Assembly: GCA_038249055.1 (NCBI GenBank)
Contig: JBBRWS010000005.1
Span: forward strand, 1,822-65,821
Direction of reading: 5' to 3'
Length of the DNA stretch: 64,000 bases
Source: Minisyncoccia bacterium
Lineage (GTDB): Bacteria > Patescibacteriota > Minisyncoccia > Phycocordibacterales > UBA9973
Shown here one piece after another: positions 1-6,942 of this stretch; the first letter of the stretch is position 1, and every line of letters begins with the position of its first letter. Both the position numbers and the translations under genes were made by a program. The notes beneath the pieces were generated by a model, which made no database searches, was not told the DNA's origin, and saw only the letters and a program-made list of their open reading frames with translations.

Positions 1-329
1 ATGTTGTCCAACAGCAACTCCAAAAGTACCTAGTACTAATAGAATTATTAATACTCTTTTTTTCATTTTTATAAAGTTTTAGATTGTTTTATTTGCTTCC
101 TATGCGAAAAAATAAGAAATAAATAAAACAACCTAAAACCCGACATTTGTTTAAATAGTATCATATTTAACTAAATTTGTCAATCTCCCAAGAAGGCGCC
201 CTGATATGGTTCGTTTGTCAAAATAATATTATATTAAAAAGGTTTTTATAAAAAAAACAACATATTTTATATGATGAAAATCATACTAAATATCATATTA
301 AATTTTAATTTAATATTTTTTTAATAAAA

Positions 330-366
330 AAAAGAACCTTGATTTTATTAAGGTTCTTTTTTTTAT
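330..366. terminator. Intrinsic terminator hairpin (GAACCTT-loop-AAGGTTC) with A-run upstream and T-run downstream; it serves the minus-strand gene 385..981
   Basis: Perfect 7-bp GC-containing stem followed by TTTTTTTTTATTT; mirrored A-run allows bidirectional use. Confidence 0.55.
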
Positions 367-384
367 TTAATGAAGGATATAAAA

Positions 385-981
385 TTATTTTTGGTTTATA
401 CCTTCAGCATTTTCTTTGATTTCTATTTTTACTTTATCCTCAAAGGAGTAGAAATAGATTCTGCAAATCTCATTTTTTTCAGTTTTTGCTTTAACTGGGT
501 ATTTTTTACCTTTAAATAAAAGAAATGCATTGGGATCAAGAACAAAGGTTGTATCTCTAATATTGAATAAGAAATTTACCTCATAAGTAGCATCTACTTT
601 TGAAAAATTTACGGTCACAGGAGAAGTTGCTCCTTGTCCATTTTTAATTTTAAAAGCACCGGGTGTTTTTAATAAAATGGTTTTTTCCACTGAACAAATA
701 GTGTCTATTAAGTGAACTTCCCCATTTGTAACAAAATACTTCTTTGAAAAGAAATCTCCTTCCATAATTATTTCTTTATCATTATAAAATGATACCGAAT
801 TAATTAAGTCTCCTAATTTTTTATAAAATTTTGGATGCCACGGAATAAAATTATTCTCTTCTGTTTGAATTTGTACTTTTGGGCTTTCAACAACAACTTG
901 GGGTGTTTTACAACTACTGAATATTAAAATATTCAGGCCAAAAATAGAAATCAAAAATAAAATACTCATTTGTTTTTTCAT
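385..981 (-). CDS. Hypothetical secreted lipoprotein
   Basis: 198-aa ORF with N-terminal signal/TM and lipobox-like IFSSC; no recognisable catalytic motif. Confidence 0.45.
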   Translation of the reverse strand: MKKQMSILFLISIFGLNILIFSSCKTPQVVVESPKVQIQTEENNFIPWHPKFYKKLGDLINSVSFYNDKEIIMEGDFFSKKYFVTNGEVHLIDTICSVEKTILLKTPGAFKIKNGQGATSPVTVNFSKVDATYEVNFLFNIRDTTFVLDPNAFLLFKGKKYPVKAKTEKNEICRIYFYSFEDKVKIEIKENAEGINQK

Positions 982-1128
982 CTACTGTCCTCCTTTTTAA
1001 ATTTACATTTTTATTTTTTTCTATATTCGATGAGATGATAGAAAATTATCGATTTAAGCGAACAATATAATCTTTTACGACACTTGTCAAGTATAGATAT
1101 GATTATATATACGTTATAATAAAGGAAT

Positions 1129-1381
1129 ATGAGTCTTGTTAGGAGTCACGGTCTCAGTAAATAACGGAAAAAATGAAATAAAAAAAATTAATTAATTTAA
1201 CACGAGTAGACTGTAGTTAGTTTTAAGCTAACCACTACCTGCTTCTAAATGGGATGAGTCCCTGTTCGCGATGTGCATGTTATACTTCTAACAGAAATTT
1301 CAAATTTTGATAAAATAAATATTATTAACTAAAATTAATCAGATACGTCCCGTCTAAGGAGGGACTATCTCTAACGGGATG
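1129..1381 (+). promoter_or_regulatory. Structured 5'-leader inverted-repeat element, instance 1 (5' arm ATGAGTCTTGTTAGGAGTCACGGTC; 3' arm TATCTCTAACGGG abutting the pilB ATG)
   Basis: Member of a recurring arm pair (see findings); TATAAT-like -10 hexamer ends about 8 nt upstream of the 5' arm; SD-like AAGGAGGG lies about 15 nt upstream of the ATG inside the element. Confidence 0.5.
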
Positions 1382-3079
1382 AGTATTCAATTTGATGACG
1401 AAAAACAGAAAAAAAATCTAATAGACATACGAAGACAAGAGGAAGAAGATTTAGTCCAAGTATTAGCTGAAGCTAGATATGGAATTCTTCCTATAAATCT
1501 AGCGGGGGTAATAATAGACAATAATGCATTGCGCTCTATTCCAGAAAAAGATGCTGTTTCTTTGGAAATAGCTCCTTTTAAGCTCGTGGGTAAAAACATA
1601 CATGTTGCAGTTAGATCTCCACAACCAGAAAAATTGGAGAGTTTAAATAATTATTTTACTGACCATGGATATGTGACTCATTTTTATATGGCTTCTCTTG
1701 CAAGTCTAGAAAAAGCATGGGAAAGATACAAAGAAATATCATATGCATCAGAATCAAAAATGGGAGCTGTTACTGTTTCAGGGGATATCCTAAAGTCACT
1801 CATGGCTGGTATTAAAAATATGGATGATATTAAAAATGCTATTATTGAAGCTGAAAAAGGTAAAACTCATACTACCTCTCATATTCTTGAAATTGTTTTA
1901 GCTGGTGCGATTGCAATAAATGCTTCAGATGTACACTTTGAGCCAGAAGAAAAAACTGTTCGATTAAGATTGAGACTTGATGGTGTTTTACATGAAGTAA
2001 TGGAACTAACTCCTTTTGTTCATAAATTTATAAATTCTAGAATTAAGCTTATCTCTGGGCTTAAAATTACAACTTCAGCAATTGCACAAGATGGGCGTTT
2101 CAGTATATTCTTAGATGAAAGTGAAATAAGTCTTCGTGTTTCTATAATGCCTGGAGCTTATGGGGAATCAATCGTGATGAGAATTCTTAATCCAAAATCA
2201 ATACGGGTAAAATTAGAAGATATGGGAATAGAACCAAAATTATTTGAAATTTTTATGAATGAAATAAAAAAACCAAATGGTCTTATTCTTCTTACTGGAC
2301 CAACTGGATCTGGTAAAACAACCACTCTTTATTCTTTTTTACAGAGAATTTACTCTGAGGAAATAAAAATTATTACAATAGAAGATCCTATTGAATATCA
2401 CCTACCTGGAATATCTCAAACACAAACTGATGAAGAAAAAGGTTATACATTTCTAGAGGGATTGCGTTCAGCTCTGCGCCAAGACCCTGATGTAATAATG
2501 GTGGGAGAAATCAGAGATGCTGAAACAGCCAAGACGGCGGTGGAGTCTGCTCTTACTGGTCACTTGGTTTTTTCAACTCTTCACACAAACAACGCGGCCG
2601 GAGTTATTCCCCGTTTAATTGATCTTGATATAAATCCAAAAACTTTGGTTTCGGCCTTATCTTTATCTATTGCTCAACGTTTAATAAGAAAACTTTGTAA
2701 TGATTGTAAGAAAGAAAAAATAATTTCAGAAAAAGAATCCGTAACAATAAAAAATATTATTGAGGTGGCAAAAAATAATAATAAAGATTTTTCAACTTAT
2801 GGAATAGACTTAAACGCTCCCTTTAAAATATATGAGCCTGTTGGGTGTGAAAAATGTAACAAGACTGGATATAGGGGTCAAATGGGAATATTTGAAGCAA
2901 TTTATAACGATGCGGCAATTGAAGCAATAATTCCACAAAATCCTAGTGAGCGTGAAATTAAAAAAATAGCAGCAAAACAAGGTACTTTAAATATGAAAGA
3001 GGATGGAATTGTTAAGGTGTTAAAAGGGATTACCTCTCTTGAAGAAGTAGGAAGTGTTGTAGACTTACTTGAAGAATAA
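1379..3079 (+). CDS. pilB: Type IV pilus/type II secretion assembly ATPase, PilB/GspE family
   Basis: 566 aa; GspII_E N-terminal-like region, Walker A GPTGSGKTT, Asp/His boxes, C-terminal tetracysteine (CNDCKK...CEKCNKTGYRG) typical of PilB/GspE. Confidence 0.88.
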   Translation: MSIQFDDEKQKKNLIDIRRQEEEDLVQVLAEARYGILPINLAGVIIDNNALRSIPEKDAVSLEIAPFKLVGKNIHVAVRSPQPEKLESLNNYFTDHGYVTHFYMASLASLEKAWERYKEISYASESKMGAVTVSGDILKSLMAGIKNMDDIKNAIIEAEKGKTHTTSHILEIVLAGAIAINASDVHFEPEEKTVRLRLRLDGVLHEVMELTPFVHKFINSRIKLISGLKITTSAIAQDGRFSIFLDESEISLRVSIMPGAYGESIVMRILNPKSIRVKLEDMGIEPKLFEIFMNEIKKPNGLILLTGPTGSGKTTTLYSFLQRIYSEEIKIITIEDPIEYHLPGISQTQTDEEKGYTFLEGLRSALRQDPDVIMVGEIRDAETAKTAVESALTGHLVFSTLHTNNAAGVIPRLIDLDINPKTLVSALSLSIAQRLIRKLCNDCKKEKIISEKESVTIKNIIEVAKNNNKDFSTYGIDLNAPFKIYEPVGCEKCNKTGYRGQMGIFEAIYNDAAIEAIIPQNPSEREIKKIAAKQGTLNMKEDGIVKVLKGITSLEEVGSVVDLLEE

Positions 3080-3087
3080 TAAATAAA

Positions 3088-3117
3088 AAACCCGACTTAA
3101 ATAGTCGGGTTTTTTAT
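3088..3117 (+). terminator. Intrinsic terminator after pilB (CCCGACT-TAAATA-AGTCGGG + T-run)
   Basis: Stem-loop immediately after the pilB stop, followed by TTTTTTATTT. Confidence 0.7.
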
Positions 3118-3345
3118 TTATTTTAAGAAGAAAACATAAATCTCTAAACAATCCTTTGAGAGCATACACTTACAAAGTAATATAGGATTACAGGATAGGC
3201 CCAGTAAATTTGACTAAACCAGATCGTCCTACGCACAGATATAGAGCACGGGGCCGATTGCTTAGAGATTTATATCCTCTTAATTAAAATGCTATAATAA
3301 AAACGTATCAAATTTCTATAAAGAGTATATCATATTAAAAATATA

Positions 3346-4371
3346 ATGTCAAGTACAAATAAAACAAACAAATACATTCGTCCGGAGTCCTCAGTACCTT
3401 CACGGGATGAGGGTTTTTTAGACCAAACACTTCGCCCAGAGGTGTGGGGAGAGTATATTGGCCAAGAAAACATCAAGGCAAACCTCAAAATTCTACTTAC
3501 TGCTGCAGAGGAACGTGCTCATCCCGCTGAGCATATTCTTTTTTATGGTCCGCCAGGACTTGGTAAAACAACACTTGCACATTTAATAGCAAAAGAAACA
3601 CGTAGACAAATAAAAATAACGTCAGGGCCAGCAATAGAAAAAGTGGGAGACCTCGCTTCTATTTTAACAAACCTTTCACCTGGAGATATTGTTTTTATAG
3701 ATGAAATACACAGACTAAATAAGATGGTAGAGGAAATACTTTATCCAGCCATGGAGTCAGGTGTACTTGATATTATTATTGGTAAAGGACCCTCAGCTCG
3801 AACCATACAACTTGAACTTCCTCCCTTTACTCTTATTGCTGCAACAACTCGAATAGCATTGCTTTCGTCCCCTCTTCGTTCTAGATTCTCTGGGGGTGTG
3901 TTTCGTTTAGAATTTTATACTCATGATGAAATTAAAAAAATAATAAAGCGGTCTGCAAAAATCCTTGGCGTGGAATTAGAAGATGAAGCACTTGATGAAA
4001 TAGCAAAACGCTCTCGTTTTACTCCCCGTACTGCAAATTATTTTCTAAAACGCTGTCGTGATTATGCCCAAGTAAACAAAACACCTCTATCAAAAGAAGC
4101 TGTTAAAAAAGCCTTGGCATTACTTGAGATAGACGAGCTTGGGTTATCTTCTTCTGATAGGCGTATTTTAGATATAATAATTTCAAAATTTAACGGGGGT
4201 CCAGTTGGTTTAAAAACAATTGCTGCAGCTACAAGCGAAGAAGAAGCAACAATAGAAGAAGTTGTGGAACCATATTTAATTCAACTTGGGTTATTAGACC
4301 GTACTACACGTGGAAGAATTGTGACTAAAAAGGGTTACGAGCATTTGGGTTATGAGTTTACAGATAATTAA
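3346..4371 (+). CDS. ruvB: Holliday junction branch-migration ATPase RuvB
   Basis: 341 aa; Walker [10 protein letters not shown], Walker B DEIH, sensor motifs and C-terminal winged-helix typical of RuvB. Confidence 0.93.
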   Translation: MSSTNKTNKYIRPESSVPSRDEGFLDQTLRPEVWGEYIGQENIKANLKILLTAAEERAHPAEHILFYGPPGLGKTTLAHLIAKETRRQIKITSGPAIEKVGDLASILTNLSPGDIVFIDEIHRLNKMVEEILYPAMESGVLDIIIGKGPSARTIQLELPPFTLIAATTRIALLSSPLRSRFSGGVFRLEFYTHDEIKKIIKRSAKILGVELEDEALDEIAKRSRFTPRTANYFLKRCRDYAQVNKTPLSKEAVKKALALLEIDELGLSSSDRRILDIIISKFNGGPVGLKTIAAATSEEEATIEEVVEPYLIQLGLLDRTTRGRIVTKKGYEHLGYEFTDN

Positions 4372-4465
4372 AAATTAATAATTAACCCAGTAGGTGATTT
4401 TACTAAATCAGAATTAATAATTTAAATACTAAAATACAAATATTTATTTTTAATTTAAATAGTCT

Positions 4466-4564
4466 TATTGTGGGGGCTTGTAAAGCTGTCGAGCTGAGCA
4501 CGAGGAATTTTTCAGCAGAAAGTATTTGATTCAGCTGAATCACCTCACGGGCGTGCCCCACAAG
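4466..4564 (-). repeat. Structured repeat element E1 (outer stem CTTGTGGGGC/GCCCCACAAG enclosing the CCCGTGAGGTGATTCAGCTGAATCA motif) in the ruvB-ruvC intergenic region
   Basis: Shares a 25-nt motif with elements at 5441..5531 and 55718..55745; the inner hairpin shows compensatory base changes between copies. Confidence 0.4.
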
Positions 4565-4599
4565 AAGAGCTATTTAAATTAAAAAATTGAAACTTAATT

Positions 4600-5097
4600 A
4601 TGAAAATTTTATCAATTGATCCGGGATTTGAAAGAATAGGAATAGCTATTATAGAAAAAACTTTTTTAAAAAAAGATATTTTAGTTTATTCAACTTGTTT
4701 TAAGACATCAGCAAAAATTCCATTTCCAGAAAGACTTAAAAACATCGGCAATGAAATTGAAAAAAATATAAAAAAATATAAACCTGAAGCACTTGCGATT
4801 GAAAAATTATATTTTACAACAAACCAAAAAACGGTTATGGGTGTATCTGAAGCTCGTGGAACTATTATTTACGTAGCGGCAAAAAATAATCTCGCTGTTT
4901 ATGAATACACACCTCCACAAATAAAAGTGGCTGTGACGGGGTATGGTAAGGCAAGTAAGGATATGATTATGTCGATGGTTCCAAAACTTATAGATATAAA
5001 AACTACCATAAATTCTGATGACGAAATGGACGCAATAGCTGTTGGTCTTACTTGTCTAGCTTGTAAAAATATTGATTTAATAAAAAAATTATTATAG
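4600..5097 (+). CDS. ruvC: Holliday junction resolvase RuvC
   Basis: 165 aa; N-terminal ILSIDPG(F)ERIGIAI motif and acidic catalytic residues of the RuvC family; follows ruvB. Confidence 0.85.
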   Translation: MKILSIDPGFERIGIAIIEKTFLKKDILVYSTCFKTSAKIPFPERLKNIGNEIEKNIKKYKPEALAIEKLYFTTNQKTVMGVSEARGTIIYVAAKNNLAVYEYTPPQIKVAVTGYGKASKDMIMSMVPKLIDIKTTINSDDEMDAIAVGLTCLACKNIDLIKKLL

Positions 5098-5249
5098 GGC
5101 TATTTATAGCTTGTTTTAAAAGTGTTTTTTAGTGTATAAAATTTTTTATTTTTAATAATTAAACTAAAGGTTATCCACAACCCATAAGGTATTGCAAAGC
5201 AAATTAGATTTTGCTACAAATAGTAAATTATAATTTGCTTAAATTTTTT

Positions 5250-5429
5250 ATGAGCTATATTGACGATGAAGAGTTAAAATTGGGTGACACTGTTGAGGAG
5301 GAAGAATTAGAAGAAGACCTTGATCTTGAAGATGGTCTTGGTGATTTAGTTGATGATGATCTCGAAGAAGATGATCTTGCTGATGATCTTTTTGCTGATG
5401 AAGTAAAAGGGTTAGAAGACACAGAATAA
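5250..5429 (+). CDS. Small extremely acidic protein (D/E-rich), hypothetical
   Basis: ATG at 5250 (the track ORF starts at an upstream TTG at 5211); more than 50% Asp/Glu; a perfect DnaA box TTATCCACA lies at about 5172-5181 upstream. Confidence 0.3.
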   Translation: MSYIDDEELKLGDTVEEEELEEDLDLEDGLGDLVDDDLEEDDLADDLFADEVKGLEDTE

Positions 5430-5440
5430 TATAAACAAAA

Positions 5441-5531
5441 AATAGCCCGTGAGGTGATTCTACTGAATCAAGGTTGTATGTCTACAAGAGACGCTTAACC
5501 TTCAATTACCAAATTGATCTACTGGGCTATT
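5441..5531 (+). repeat. Structured repeat element E2 (outer stem AATAGCCC/GGGCTATT + T-run; contains CCCGTGAGGTGATTCTACTGAATCA) between convergent genes; possible bidirectional terminator or small RNA
   Basis: A-run/T-run-flanked long stem-loop; its motif is shared with E1 and E3. Confidence 0.4.
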
Positions 5532-5541
5532 TTTTTATTAT

Positions 5542-6738
5542 TTATATTATTATTTTACAAAATCTTTTTTTACCTATTCTGTATACACCCTTCTCAACTT
5601 TGTCTGAATGAGAAGAAACTTTTTTGTCTAAATCTAAATTTGTTATTGCCCCTCCATCTACAAGCCTACGAAATTCTCCTTTTGAAGCAACGATTTTATT
5701 TACTAAAAACAAATCAATTAATAAGTCGTTTTTTTCAGCCTTAATATTTTCAATATCATCAGGAATTTCATTTTTTTGAAAAGTATTTACAAAATTTTCC
5801 TCTGCTTGTTTTGCTTTTTTTTCTCCATGATAAATAGAAACAATTTCTCTTGCTAATCTCATTTTGAAATCACGAGGGTTAGCTTTACCAGAAATTATAT
5901 CTTTTTTAATTACTTCAATTTCAGACATCGACACATTTGTGCATAGTTCAAAACCAGAAGCTATTAGTCCGTCAGTCCAACTCATAATCTTTCCATATAT
6001 TTCTTCTGGAGAATCAGAAAGTGCTGCCATATTGCCTTCCGTCTTACCCATCTTTTTTCCAGAGTTATCTTCAAGAAGTTTTACAGCAATAACAAACTTT
6101 TCTTTATTTTTCATTGTCTTCATTAAATCCCGGCCACAAAGCATGTTGAAGGTTTGGTCATTACCCCCAATTTCCCCGTCAACATTCATAGCAACAGAAT
6201 CATAGGCCTGCATGAGTGGATACATAAATTCATTTATATGTATTGGCTTACCTTCTTTCATTCTCTTTTCAAACATGTCGCGTTCGAGCATTTGCTGTAC
6301 TGTCATTTGTGAAGCTAAGTTTAGGACATCTTCGAAATTCATTTTTTTAAGCCAGGTTGAATTAAATTTAAACTGAGCAGGATTTTTACCAGAAAATGAC
6401 AACAATGAACTTGCTTGTTTTTTATAATTTTTTAGGTTGGCCATCACTTCTTTATGTGAAAGCTGTTTTCTTGTAGCACTTTTATCTGTAGGATCCCCAA
6501 TCATTGCAGTAAAATCACCCATCAATAAAACAACATGGTGTCCGGACTTTTGAAAATCACTTAAAATTTTAATAGGAATAGAATGTCCTAAGTGAAGGGT
6601 TGGTCCAGTTGGATCAATCCCTAAATAAAGAGTAAGCTTTTCACCGCGATTCATTTTGCTTAAAATAAAATCTTTAGATGGGTATGTAGCTGAAATACCT
6701 CTAGTTAATAGGTTATTATTTTGTATATTGCTGTTCAT
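5542..6738 (-). CDS. tyrS: Tyrosyl-tRNA synthetase
   Basis: 398 aa; class I HIGH-type motif (GIDPTGPTLHLGH), KMSKS-type KMGKTEGN, C-terminal S4-like domain. Confidence 0.88.
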   Translation of the reverse strand: MNSNIQNNNLLTRGISATYPSKDFILSKMNRGEKLTLYLGIDPTGPTLHLGHSIPIKILSDFQKSGHHVVLLMGDFTAMIGDPTDKSATRKQLSHKEVMANLKNYKKQASSLLSFSGKNPAQFKFNSTWLKKMNFEDVLNLASQMTVQQMLERDMFEKRMKEGKPIHINEFMYPLMQAYDSVAMNVDGEIGGNDQTFNMLCGRDLMKTMKNKEKFVIAVKLLEDNSGKKMGKTEGNMAALSDSPEEIYGKIMSWTDGLIASGFELCTNVSMSEIEVIKKDIISGKANPRDFKMRLAREIVSIYHGEKKAKQAEENFVNTFQKNEIPDDIENIKAEKNDLLIDLFLVNKIVASKGEFRRLVDGGAITNLDLDKKVSSHSDKVEKGVYRIGKKRFCKIII

Positions 6739-6807
6739 AATAATACTTTACCACATTAATAAATCTTTGTCCGCAAAAAATCAAATATTGTGATATGATA
6801 GCAAAAT

Positions 6808-6942
6808 ATGAGTCCCGTTAGAAGCTGCGGTCGCAGTGAAAGGTGGGAAATATAAGTAATTTTAGTAATTTTAGTAATTTAAGTTTAATTTAGCGGGTTG
6901 ATATCATTTTATAAATGAACGCAACCTGTTTCTAATAGGATG
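6808..6942 (+). promoter_or_regulatory. Structured 5'-leader inverted-repeat element, instance 2 (5' arm ATGAGTCCCGTTAGAAGCTGCGGTCGCAGTG; 3' arm CGCAACCTGTTTCTAATAGGA abutting the PBP ATG)
   Basis: Arms pair with G-U wobbles; the loop carries a (TAGTAATTT)x3 microrepeat; extended -10-like TGATATGAT just upstream of the 5' arm; no SD next to the ATG. Confidence 0.5.

Noticed and set aside
5447-5475. Resemblance of GGTGATTCTACTGAATCA to the 5' end of tmRNA (GGGGCUGAUUCUGGAUUCGACGGG)
   Set aside because: No GGGG acceptor start, no tRNA-like 3' end with a T-arm and CCA, and the element is only ~90 nt, so the similarity is superficial.
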